Assembly (NCBI GenBank): GCA_030637655.1
Contig: DAOWGI010000099.1
Span: forward strand, 1-64,000
Direction: 5' to 3'
DNA: 64,000 bases
Source: a candidate division FCPU426 bacterium
GTDB lineage: Bacteria > Oederibacteriota > JAAXVQ01 > JAUVAV01
A program made the translations under genes and the position numbers. Below are positions 29,279-38,488 of this stretch, one piece after another. Below the pieces are notes generated by a model. It was given only the letters and a program-made list of their open reading frames with translations. It did not search any database and was not told where the DNA came from. Each line of letters opens with the position of its first letter. Positions within the stretch are counted from its first letter, which is position 1.

Positions 29279-30961
29279 TCAGTCCCTATAGTTCCTCATT
29301 GCCTTAAGTAATCCATCATCATGATGATAGATATCATCATAGAATCGAACAATACCCTTAGTGTCAACCTCGGCTGTAAAATATTGAATGTAAACCGGTA
29401 TTTCCTTTTTTAGCTTAATGACCTGGCAAATATAATTGGATAATGCCGCCTTAAGTCGGGTTTGGGTCCAAAACTGATGATCACGCAGAGCGTATTTCGC
29501 AAGGTCAAGCGGTTTCTCTAATCGTATGCAACCCGAACTAAAGCACCTTACCCTGCGATTAAAAAGTTTTTGCCGGGGCGTATCATGCATGTAGACATTA
29601 TGTGGATTCGGAGTTCCAAATTTAATACGCCCCAACGCATTTTTTGTACACGGGATTTGTTGAAAGCGGTACGTGGTTCGGAATTCCTGGACCGCAACAG
29701 TCTTCCAATCAACTGTTGCGGGATCAATTAAATGCCAGGACCGGTCCCTGAATTCAAGTACTTCGATCCGATATTTGGTGAAAAAATCCGGATCATGCCG
29801 GATTTTGCTTATTTTGTCTTGGAGCACTATGTTCGGGGGGATCACCCAATAGGGATTTAAGGTAATATACTCTATCTTATAATTCAATACCGGGGTTTGG
29901 CGTGTTTTCCTGCCAACCACGACTTTCATCTGCATAACAGGCTGCTTATACTCAATTACCTGCAGCATAAAAGCGGGGATATTCACACGAATATATTTTT
30001 TTTCCAAAACAGTGCTTTGTCTCCGCCACCGCTCCATATTAATTTTCAAGGTTTGAATAATCTCCGCCGCAGGCCGATTAAGCAATTTGAGCGTTTTTCC
30101 ATCCAAAGCGCCGGTTACTGCCAGCCCATGACGTGATTGAAAATGCCTAATCGCCTGCTCAACCTCTTGATTGAAAAGCACATTCCGCTCATCTGCCGTT
30201 TGCTTCAAATCACCGAATAACCGCAATTTCTCCCGGAGTATGGGAATTCTCCGATTATCACAATCACCCGGCTTCAGTGGCGGCGTATTCACAATCTGTA
30301 ATTTATCCAATAGGCCGGCATGTTTATGATAATATGCCAATGTTTTGCGTAATTTCAAATACCCTTGATGCTTTGGTCTCAAATAAGTAAGCGATTCCCT
30401 TAAGGCATCAATGCTCATCGCTACTTTTATCAAATCCATTAATTGTTGATCGCAAGCATTGCCATACAGGACATCATATTCTGAAGGTTGAACAACTTGA
30501 CCAAATGCCAAATGACGGGCATAGAGAAAGAAAGCATCGGTCAAGAGTAATTCCAAGGTTGCCGTATCGTAATCATTAAATGCATACGATTTGCGTTGCT
30601 TGATCTGCCCCAACATTTTATTTATTTTTTTCAAATGATAATCTCGAGGATTTAATCCATCCTTTTCCGCCTGACCCAGAATCGTTACCAGTTGTCCCGC
30701 ATGCTCCCGCACGCCTTGCTTGGTGAACCAAACGGAGAAATAATCATTCGACATATAATATTTTTTTACCAATTCCGGGGTATGAAGTTGCGTATTACCG
30801 GCAAATCGGATTAAAGGCATCACTTGTAATCTCAGATTTTTCTGCAATTGTAGATTGACTTGGAAGGGTAATATTTGGGAGGAATTTGCAAGGTCATGTA
30901 CTGTTAATTGTGTCGATAGTAGAAAAAGAGATGTAAGGATTAAAACTTTTTTAATCATCAT
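29279..30961 (-). CDS. L,D-transpeptidase, YcbB/LdtD family
   Basis: Scaffold domain, PG-binding domain (FQSRHGLAVTG), VNIPAF, VYMHDTP...SSGCIR catalytic motif. Confidence 0.92.
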   Translation of the reverse strand: MMIKKVLILTSLFLLSTQLTVHDLANSSQILPFQVNLQLQKNLRLQVMPLIRFAGNTQLHTPELVKKYYMSNDYFSVWFTKQGVREHAGQLVTILGQAEKDGLNPRDYHLKKINKMLGQIKQRKSYAFNDYDTATLELLLTDAFFLYARHLAFGQVVQPSEYDVLYGNACDQQLMDLIKVAMSIDALRESLTYLRPKHQGYLKLRKTLAYYHKHAGLLDKLQIVNTPPLKPGDCDNRRIPILREKLRLFGDLKQTADERNVLFNQEVEQAIRHFQSRHGLAVTGALDGKTLKLLNRPAAEIIQTLKINMERWRRQSTVLEKKYIRVNIPAFMLQVIEYKQPVMQMKVVVGRKTRQTPVLNYKIEYITLNPYWVIPPNIVLQDKISKIRHDPDFFTKYRIEVLEFRDRSWHLIDPATVDWKTVAVQEFRTTYRFQQIPCTKNALGRIKFGTPNPHNVYMHDTPRQKLFNRRVRCFSSGCIRLEKPLDLAKYALRDHQFWTQTRLKAALSNYICQVIKLKKEIPVYIQYFTAEVDTKGIVRFYDDIYHHDDGLLKAMRNYRD

Positions 30962-31171
30962 CCATCACTTCCTTTTCCCGGCATTCTAAGTATATCACAT
31001 GAATGATGATTTGTTTTGAAACGGGCCGGATTGTAATATTTTTCCTAAAAATTAACCGCTTTCTTTTTAACTGCCCGTCTCTTATTTACTTTTAGTCTTT
31101 AAAAACAGTAGTTTTTTAGATATTTATTTTTCTCCCGTTAAACCTGCGTTTTTTCAATTTGCAATTATTTA

Positions 31172-31402
31172 CCCAGTGTAAAGCACCGCTGTCCTGATCG
31201 CATCCTCATTGCGGATCAGCCTTGGGAAATGCCGCGTAAATTCAAGACCCCCTGTGTTTTTACCACCGGTATGATTGAATTAGGTGAGAATTTTCTACTA
31301 AGTTATGGAGCTGTGGATGAAAAGATAGGCATTTGCCGGATGGACAAACAGTCCTTGATTCATCATGTAAAGCAATTTGATGCCCAGGGAAAAATAAAAT
31401 AA
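31172..31402 (+). pseudogene. Detached second copy of the GH130 3' end (open frame to its own stop)
   Basis: Translates PSVKHRCPDRILIADQPWEMPRKFKTPCVFTTGMIELGENFLLSYGAVDEKIGICRMDKQSLIHHVKQFDAQGKIK*; no 5' part. Confidence 0.9.
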
Positions 31403-31410
31403 TCCAGACA

Positions 31411-31437
31411 GTAGGGGCGAGGTTACCTCGCCCCTAC
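31411..31437. repeat. GTAG REP palindrome
   Basis: gtaggggcgaggttacctcgcccctac. Confidence 0.9.
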
Positions 31438-31444
31438 CATTTGT

Positions 31445-34400
31445 TTATTGCACTATCGCGATCTTGCCTTTACGTTTCTGTCCATTGGCCGTAATAATAT
31501 AAATATAAATACCTGACGCTACCTGCGAACCGCTTTCGTTTTCCAGATTCCAGCGCACAAACGGCACATTGCTGTCCTTCTGAATAGTCTTTACCAATTG
31601 ACCGCTGATATCATACAAGCGAATCGTGGCCTGGGCCGGTACCCGGTCAAAGCTAACTTCCCTTTCCAGTTTGATATCCGAACGGTACGGATTCGGGTAC
31701 ACCACCACATTGTCCAAATCATTGGGCACCACATACAACGGTGTATTAGACGGAGTCGGAGATATCGTCGAGGACACGGTAATAGTCAGGGTCACGGTAA
31801 TCGTAGGCGTGGATGAAACGGTCGGTGTCGCTGTGCCGGTCCGCGTAATGGTGTATGTCGGCGTGATAGTAGCCGTAAGGCTGTTAGTGGATGTCAGAGT
31901 AACAGTCGGGGTCGCCGTATGCGTCCAGTCCGGTGTCACAGTCGAGGTCGGGGTGATAGTAGGTGTCATAGTAATACTGGGTGTCGGTGTGATGGTCTGT
32001 GTTATAGTGCAAGTTTCCGTAATCGTAGCTGTCAATGTTATGGTCGGTGTATCTGTGACTGTCGCAGACTCGGTGGACGTAGGTGTCACAGTGGCGGAAG
32101 GTGTTGCGGTGGGAGAAGGCGTAATGGTAGCCGAAGCTGTATTGCTGGGTGTGATGGTTGGACTCGGTGGTAACGCGTCGTTTTCATCAGCGCCCACTGC
32201 CCAGCTCACAGTACGGGCTTCACGGTCAATATCATCACTTATCGGCAAATTAGCGTCACCGGACAGATCTACGCCCGCAAACCGGGCCACCCCATCAGCG
32301 GCTGCATAGTGCAAATCATAATCCGGGCCAATTTCATCCACAAACTCAGCATCCACATTGTCCAAAGATCCTGTTCCCGGTGCATCACTGCTTAAATCCG
32401 AAACATTATTTTCTGCTGAAGAAAAATCTCCTTCATAACCATTAGTACAGCCCTGGGCAATTGTGTTCTTGACGACAAACGTCCCGGTATTATTACGATA
32501 GCCATTATAACAGTTAAATACAGTAGTATTATAAATGCGCATGGTCGTGTCTGAATCTTCAAGATAAAAACCGCAGGACCTGTTATCGCCATTAAAGTCA
32601 CAGACAATATTATTCCAGATATAAACATTTCCGGCGCCAATACTCATACTTCTGACTCCCACAGCAGCATGCCGATCATGTGCGGTGCCGGCATAACCGC
32701 GAAAAATACAATAAGAAATCCGAATATCAATGGCATTGCCGACAGACCCGGTAATATCAATGGCTCTTTGGTCATTGGTGGAAGTGGCTGTCATTTGGAA
32801 TTGCAGTCCCTCAATCCGGACATTTTGGTCGGACAACTGCAGGCAATCGTCATTGGTCGCTACCAGCCGATACAAAGAATTTGACCAGGTTCCATTGTGG
32901 CGCTGGTTGGTTCCGGTTTCGCTGCTTAAGTAAGGTGTGTATATCCGGATATAACTATCCGCATCCGTGGTCCAGCCGTCCCAATTTAATCCGGTTGTAT
33001 CCGCTGTAGTTCCGCTATAGCAGGCAAAATGCCATATTTCGTCATTGGTGACGCAATCCCGGTTGCCGTCGTCAAAAAAACGAACCACGGCATCAATGCT
33101 TGGATTCTCGGTGCCGGATTCAGCATTACCCAAGGTACGGTACGCACGCCATACATTCCAGTCTTGATTGCTCGTAGTAACCACCGGCAGATCCCCATTT
33201 GCCCTTTTGACCAAAAACGTGTTGGCATTAATTCTTTCGTAGATAAAGGCAATGTCATCAATTGCCGTGCCAACGTCATCTGAATCGTATTCAATGGCAT
33301 CACCCACACCAATATCATTGGACACATTACCGGCAAACGAAGCGGTAAATTCTGAAATCGTCAGGGCATTGGCGCCTCCGCTATCCAAAGCAATAGTATT
33401 GCCCGGACCTATGGAACGATACCGGGCCGGCTGGTTGATCTCGCTGCCTACATTGTAAAAATTTCCGGGATTATTTTGATTATTAAATGAGGTGCTGATC
33501 CAATTGGCTGAACGAACAACAGTGCTGATACGAACTTCATCAATTTGTCCGTCAAAAGATTCATTTCCGTTTCCTAATCGTCCCAGATTAACAACTTGAG
33601 TGCTGGTCGCTAAAGCATTTGTCGCAGCTGTGCCTAATGATCCCCCGTCAAAAAAACCACCTGCTGTAGTCGCATTAATGGTACCAACAATAAAATGCCA
33701 ATTCGTTGTATAATCTGCAACATCAAAAGCAGCGCTCGTACCACCACTACCTGTAACTTCCATGTCATTTACTTGGGGTAAAACTTGCAATAAATAGCCT
33801 GAGGTACTACTCCAATTTAATTTTTTCGCTATAACAGTATTATACACATTCGCTTCATCATCAGTTAAATTTACCCAGGCTGACATGGTCAAAGTCCCGG
33901 TTATTTGCAATGAAACATCATCCCCGGCATTAATATATTCATCAGAACCGTTGAAATTTAAAGCATTGCTAATTTGACCTATAACCCCATTTCCTGCATC
34001 CATATTTTGCGATGAGCCGTGATTTGCATTTGCCGTACTTTCCTGAATATCATTTGCTGCACCGGTTGCCGACTGCAGGTGCCAAACAGCTGTAAAATTA
34101 TTACTCCAAGTATCGGCCGCATTCGGTTTGTTGGCAGCAGCATAACCGTAATACATGTATATGACCGTATTAACACTGCCGGATAGGTCTGTTTTCACCC
34201 AGGCTTCCAGCTCTTGATTTCCCGAATCAAAATGCACAATCTCTCTACTCAACTCAGTATCTTGAGCGGCATTGGTAAAAATGATGTCCATATTGTTTAT
34301 CGTGGCTTTCTCAACATGCCCGAAAAAGACCGGATCAATATCCACTGCTGTGATGAGCACCGGAAAATCCATCTCATTTCCAGCCACCTGACTATTTAAT

Positions 34401-34504
34401 ATGGTAATTTGTTGTTTGTATTTAAAATCATAATCATACCAGGCAGCATTGGCTGGGCCGGCAGAGAATATAAAAACGCAGAGCCACAACAATAGTTTTT
34501 TCAT
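31445..34504 (-). CDS. Secreted protein: DUF2341-like + LamG/ConA + beta-helix + Thr/Pro linker + C-terminal FlgD-Ig/T9SS-like domain
   Basis: Signal peptide, WYDYDFKYK, FDGQIDEVRIS, TPT repeats, VVVYPNPY...IRLYDISGQLVK...WN...VASGIYIY...GKIAIVQ; start moved to ATG 34504. Confidence 0.8.
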   Translation of the reverse strand: MKKLLLWLCVFIFSAGPANAAWYDYDFKYKQQITILNSQVAGNEMDFPVLITAVDIDPVFFGHVEKATINNMDIIFTNAAQDTELSREIVHFDSGNQELEAWVKTDLSGSVNTVIYMYYGYAAANKPNAADTWSNNFTAVWHLQSATGAANDIQESTANANHGSSQNMDAGNGVIGQISNALNFNGSDEYINAGDDVSLQITGTLTMSAWVNLTDDEANVYNTVIAKKLNWSSTSGYLLQVLPQVNDMEVTGSGGTSAAFDVADYTTNWHFIVGTINATTAGGFFDGGSLGTAATNALATSTQVVNLGRLGNGNESFDGQIDEVRISTVVRSANWISTSFNNQNNPGNFYNVGSEINQPARYRSIGPGNTIALDSGGANALTISEFTASFAGNVSNDIGVGDAIEYDSDDVGTAIDDIAFIYERINANTFLVKRANGDLPVVTTSNQDWNVWRAYRTLGNAESGTENPSIDAVVRFFDDGNRDCVTNDEIWHFACYSGTTADTTGLNWDGWTTDADSYIRIYTPYLSSETGTNQRHNGTWSNSLYRLVATNDDCLQLSDQNVRIEGLQFQMTATSTNDQRAIDITGSVGNAIDIRISYCIFRGYAGTAHDRHAAVGVRSMSIGAGNVYIWNNIVCDFNGDNRSCGFYLEDSDTTMRIYNTTVFNCYNGYRNNTGTFVVKNTIAQGCTNGYEGDFSSAENNVSDLSSDAPGTGSLDNVDAEFVDEIGPDYDLHYAAADGVARFAGVDLSGDANLPISDDIDREARTVSWAVGADENDALPPSPTITPSNTASATITPSPTATPSATVTPTSTESATVTDTPTITLTATITETCTITQTITPTPSITMTPTITPTSTVTPDWTHTATPTVTLTSTNSLTATITPTYTITRTGTATPTVSSTPTITVTLTITVSSTISPTPSNTPLYVVPNDLDNVVVYPNPYRSDIKLEREVSFDRVPAQATIRLYDISGQLVKTIQKDSNVPFVRWNLENESGSQVASGIYIYIITANGQKRKGKIAIVQ

Positions 34505-34640
34505 GGCAACCCCTCTTTTTTCCCTGCTAAAAAAACCGGGCAACCTTTTAGCTGCCGGGCTTTAGTATCTTAGTTCTCAAATTCGTGCTTTTTATGGCAG
34601 AAAATTATTCGCTGTAAAGAGCGCAAAAAATTTCTTTTGC

Positions 34641-34731
34641 CAGGATTAACAGAATATACGGGATTTTAAATAAATCCTGTCAATCCTGTTATCCTGTCAA
34701 ATATCTTTGGTTCCGGCTTGTCCGGGTTAGG
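34641..34731. repeat. CAGGATT/AATCCTGT palindromic repeat ending in TTTGGTTCCGGCTTGTCCGGGTTAGG
   Basis: Repeated atcctgt units; last 26 nt match 27878-27903 at 22/26. Confidence 0.6.
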
Positions 34732-34744
34732 ATTTACCAAATCT

Positions 34745-36019
34745 CTATTCGTCCTCGTCAGCTGACCCATATTTCTTCACCATGGTCAATTGGTTGTAAT
34801 TCGGCAGACTTTCATATTTAATATTATCCATCAATTTATTTACCATAAATCCGCCTACACCCCGTTTGGAACCTTTCGCAGCCCGATATTTAATGGAAAC
34901 ATTCTTCTGCTTGGTAACATCAAATGGATCACCGTAATCCCGAATCTGAATCTTGACCTGTTTTTTCTGAAACATCATACTCAAACGCAGAATTTGCCAG
35001 GGATCAAAATCATTGCCATGCTCAATCAGATTCAGAAGAATTTCATCGATGGCCAGAGCCACAGAATTGGTGGTTATCTCATCCATACCCTCTTGCGCGC
35101 ACAGGCCTTCTATAACCCGGCGGATGGTCGGCAAATAATTGACATCCGCGTTTATCTTCATCTCAATGCCTTTATATTTGGATTTGCGGCGCTTAACCGT
35201 GCTCCCGGTCTTGATGATTTGCACATTGCCCCATTCATCCACATTAAAGGTCTCATCACACTCTTCGCAGCGATAAATTTCCGGCGCTTTTATGGTGATC
35301 TCAGCTTGGCAGGTGGTGCAATTCACTTTTAGGGGGAATTGAACTTTGTCCGCTTTTTCCTGGATTTCAAGCTCAACCGATCCTGTGTATTTACCATCCG
35401 TCACAGAGAGTGTAACTTTACCGGAAGCAGTAATTACTACTTTTCCTTCCCATATCCCTTTATTAAACCCATCTGCCTCTTTGGGAAAGATCATGCCTGA
35501 AGACACACTGAAGCGTATCATATCCATATAATCTTCCACCAACCGTTTATCTTTGTCACGAGCGCCAACGCGCATAACAAATTCTTCGCCGGAAAAGATT
35601 TCTTTGTCCATGACAATCAGAAAAAAATGGTTCATCCGTTCTTCTATCTGCGCTTCAGCCTCCCATTCCTTGAGCCCCGGGCCATTCTCCACAAAATCCA
35701 TCATGCTATCCAGACCAATGGACTCAAACACTTTCATAATCTTTTTAGATACATTACAGGATTTGATATCTCCACCCTGATCTTCATACTCCCGGAAACG
35801 CTGGAGCATACCCACAAAAACACCCACCCCGGCTGAGCTGATGTACTCTACTTCTTCCAGGTCCACCAAGAGACGATACAGCCCTGCTTCCAGAATGGTT
35901 TCCAATTTATTCTCAAAAGCCGGCGCGGTCTCAGAATCGATGGCACCTCTTACTTTCAGCACGGTTACCTCTTGATTGTACTGGCATTTATGATGGGACA
36001 TTTCAATGGGTTGACTCAT
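34745..36019 (-). CDS. STAS (anti-anti-sigma) + Zn ribbon + RsbW-like HATPase fusion
   Basis: YISSAGVG STAS motif; CTTC/CEEC; AIDEILLNLIEHG, IRDYG, RGVGGF. Confidence 0.85.
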   Translation of the reverse strand: MSQPIEMSHHKCQYNQEVTVLKVRGAIDSETAPAFENKLETILEAGLYRLLVDLEEVEYISSAGVGVFVGMLQRFREYEDQGGDIKSCNVSKKIMKVFESIGLDSMMDFVENGPGLKEWEAEAQIEERMNHFFLIVMDKEIFSGEEFVMRVGARDKDKRLVEDYMDMIRFSVSSGMIFPKEADGFNKGIWEGKVVITASGKVTLSVTDGKYTGSVELEIQEKADKVQFPLKVNCTTCQAEITIKAPEIYRCEECDETFNVDEWGNVQIIKTGSTVKRRKSKYKGIEMKINADVNYLPTIRRVIEGLCAQEGMDEITTNSVALAIDEILLNLIEHGNDFDPWQILRLSMMFQKKQVKIQIRDYGDPFDVTKQKNVSIKYRAAKGSKRGVGGFMVNKLMDNIKYESLPNYNQLTMVKKYGSADEDE

Positions 36020-36062
36020 AACAGATTACTCTCCTTGTATATAGTACCCGCTAAAAAAGTGC

Positions 36063-37934
36063 TTATTTTTTCCCCTTACGTTTGGGGCGTGTTTTCTCCA
36101 ACTTATTAGAGAGTTTATTCACCGCGCGCTTATCACCCAGGGCTTGAGCGCTCTCCAGGAGCGTCACATCCGAATATTCAGCAAACGTTTGGGCAATTAA
36201 GCGGTTTGCCTCATCTGAATCCGGCGATCCAATAAGGTGGGTAGCCACATCTCCGGAAATCCATTCATGCCGGCGACTCTCATTGGTCCGCAGTTTCGGA
36301 TCATTGGCCACGGCCGCTTCAAAAGTCTTTAAATATTCGCTGCATTTTTCTTGTTGGGCGGCAAAAATATTGGTTATTAACTTTTCTTGTAAATTCGAAC
36401 CTACAGTATCACCAATATATTTGTCTTTGGATAAATAGGCATTTATTAAATACAGCTGGTAGGCTTTCAGGGCAATCTCAGCTGCTTCACCGATACGCCC
36501 ATTATCAACTTTGATTTTTTTCTTCTGATTCTTCTGTTTTTTGTTGAACGCTTCAACATTGTCCAAACAGGCAGCAAACCATTCCTGACGTACCTTCACC
36601 AAGCACTCGCTAATCTCAACTGGAATCGGACTGACTGCTTTCTCCCTGGAAGCAACAGGAGCAGCCGCTTTTTCCGGAGCTGCAGTTTCTACTGCCTTTT
36701 CAGCTTCCTGCTCAGCTGCAATTTTGGTTTCCTCTTCAAGGCGGCGAGCCTCTTTTTCTTCTTCCGCAGCTTGTCTGGCTTTATCTGCATCTGTTTCAGT
36801 TCGAGGTTCTTTCTCACCATTTTTCATATAATCAGGCCAACTAAATAAATCTTTGCCTGATTTACCCTCTTTATCTCTTTCAACAGTACCTTCTTCAGGT
36901 TGTGGTTTGGCCTCTGCTTCCGCCTTTTGCTTGGCCTCTGCTTCCGCCTTTTGCTTGGCCTCTGCTTCCGCCTTTTGCTTGGCCTCTGCTTCTGCCTTTT
37001 GCTTAGACTCTGCTTCTGCCTTTTGCTTGGCCTCTGCTTCCGCCTTTTGCTTGGCCTCTGCTTCCGCCTTTTGCTTAGACTCTGCTTCCGCCTTTTGCTT
37101 GGCCTCTGCTTCTGCCTTTTGCTTAGACTCTGCTTCCGCCTTTTGCTTCTTTTCTTCTTCCACTGCCTGCTTTTTCGCCTCTGCCTCAGCCTTTTGCTTA
37201 GACTCTGCCTCAGCCTTTTGCTTAGACTCTGCTTCTGCTCTCTTTTTCGCTGCTTCTTCTGCCTTTCGTTTGACTTCTTCCACAGCTTTTTTCTTAGCCT
37301 CAGACTCTGCCACTTTTTTGGCCTCAACCTCAGCTTTCTTAGCCTCGTGAACCTTCTGTTTGACTGTTTCCACAGCCTTTTTAGCTGCTTCGAGTTTAAG
37401 TTTTACATCCTGCTCAGCCCTCTTAGCTGCTTCTCTCTTTTGTTTGACCTCTTCCACAGCCTTTTTCTTGGCTTCTTCATCTGTCAGTTTTTTCGCCTCT
37501 TCCTCGGCTTTTTTAGCTGCTACAGTTAATTTCCTGGCTTCTTCCGGCGCTTTTCTTGCCTCTTCTGCCAAGCGCTTGGCTTCAACTTCTGCTTGCTTGA
37601 CTGCCTCGGCTTTGCGCGCAGCCTCATCGTGGGCTTTCTCAGTCAAGGTTTTGGTTACTCTGGAAGTAGGTGTTTTGGCAACAGCCTCACTGGATTTGCT
37701 GAAGATCGAAGGAACTCCCACCTTGATGGCTTCGGTTGCTTTTTTTTCCGCTTCTGCTTTTTTCTTTATATCTTTGGCTTTGCCGGCATTGGCAGCAATA
37801 ATTACCAAGCAAATGCCCGTCGTCACTACCATAAGCAAAAAAGCCGCCCCAAAAGAAAGCAGCTTCATTCCCACCATGACAAACAGAACACCAATAATCA
37901 TAAAAAGTGTTAGAACAACATTAGAAGTTCTCAC
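36063..37934 (-). CDS. Membrane-anchored Ala/Lys/Glu-rich coiled-coil protein (TolA-like composition)
   Basis: Two N-terminal TM helices, long AEAKQK repeat region, unrecognised C-terminal domain. Confidence 0.7.
   Translation of the reverse strand: MRTSNVVLTLFMIIGVLFVMVGMKLLSFGAAFLLMVVTTGICLVIIAANAGKAKDIKKKAEAEKKATEAIKVGVPSIFSKSSEAVAKTPTSRVTKTLTEKAHDEAARKAEAVKQAEVEAKRLAEEARKAPEEARKLTVAAKKAEEEAKKLTDEEAKKKAVEEVKQKREAAKRAEQDVKLKLEAAKKAVETVKQKVHEAKKAEVEAKKVAESEAKKKAVEEVKRKAEEAAKKRAEAESKQKAEAESKQKAEAEAKKQAVEEEKKQKAEAESKQKAEAEAKQKAEAESKQKAEAEAKQKAEAEAKQKAEAESKQKAEAEAKQKAEAEAKQKAEAEAKQKAEAEAKPQPEEGTVERDKEGKSGKDLFSWPDYMKNGEKEPRTETDADKARQAAEEEKEARRLEEETKIAAEQEAEKAVETAAPEKAAAPVASREKAVSPIPVEISECLVKVRQEWFAACLDNVEAFNKKQKNQKKKIKVDNGRIGEAAEIALKAYQLYLINAYLSKDKYIGDTVGSNLQEKLITNIFAAQQEKCSEYLKTFEAAVANDPKLRTNESRRHEWISGDVATHLIGSPDSDEANRLIAQTFAEYSDVTLLESAQALGDKRAVNKLSNKLEKTRPKRKGKK
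36907..37146 (-). repeat. 24-bp coding tandem repeat x10 (QKAEAE[A/S]K)
   Basis: ttggcctctgcttccgccttttgc units; further degenerate copies to ~37240. Confidence 0.95.
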
Positions 37935-38079
37935 AGTATATTCTCCTCCACGTGCATAAATTCTTATGATGATAAATTATTTTTTTAAGTATCCCCTTCA
38001 GGGATCAGGAGCCTACACAACAGGCCTATTAATTTTATATGATTTAGGCAAAATATACAATCACAAATACCCCAACGCA

Positions 38080-38279
38080 GTAACAGGTCAGTGAAGCATT
38101 TTTTTAGTTTGTCATTCCCGAACGGTTTAATCGGCCCCGACCGGAAAAGATATATAGGGACGCCTTCGGCAGGAATCTGGTTTTTTAAACCGTATCCCCG
38201 ATACAAGCATTCGGGGATGACAGGGCGGGGGCTGCATTCACGGATGACAAACAAAAAAAACGCATGACTGAACTGTTAC
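38080..38279. mobile_element. GTAAC-ended MITE with GTCATTCCC palindromes
   Basis: gtaacaggtcagtgaa...atgactgaactgttac; interior homologous to the 23318 and 40045 copies in opposite orientation; no target duplication. Confidence 0.8.
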
Positions 38280-38488
38280 GGATTCTTTCTATATTACTCT
38301 GGTTTTTTTACAAACCTTCATGTAATATCTTTCATAATTCACGTTTGTGTTTCTATTCTTTTTGAGTTTCTTTCGGCAACATTTATTTATGAGTCAACGG
38401 GGATCAGTAATAAAATCGCCTGAGAATATGCTCTTTACTGACAAAGATTTTGGACGCGCATAGATCACTGATGCCTGGGGGGACTGGC

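Noticed and set aside
28976-31390. Diversity-generating retroelement TR/VR pair
   Set aside because: Mismatches are not restricted to adenines on either strand and no reverse transcriptase is in the window
31598-32309. Val/Gly-rich plus-strand ORFs
   Set aside because: Antisense of the Thr/Pro linker
34505-34600. c-di-GMP-I riboswitch upstream of the LamG protein
   Set aside because: Only a terminator-like hairpin with a U-tract is visible; the conserved first stem is absent. An Infernal/Rfam scan would settle it
36907-37240. CRISPR array
   Set aside because: Contiguous 24-bp units without spacers, in frame within a CDS; no cas genes
36824-37959. Alternative-frame and antisense ORFs over the TolA-like gene
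   Set aside because: Low-complexity shadows of the repeat
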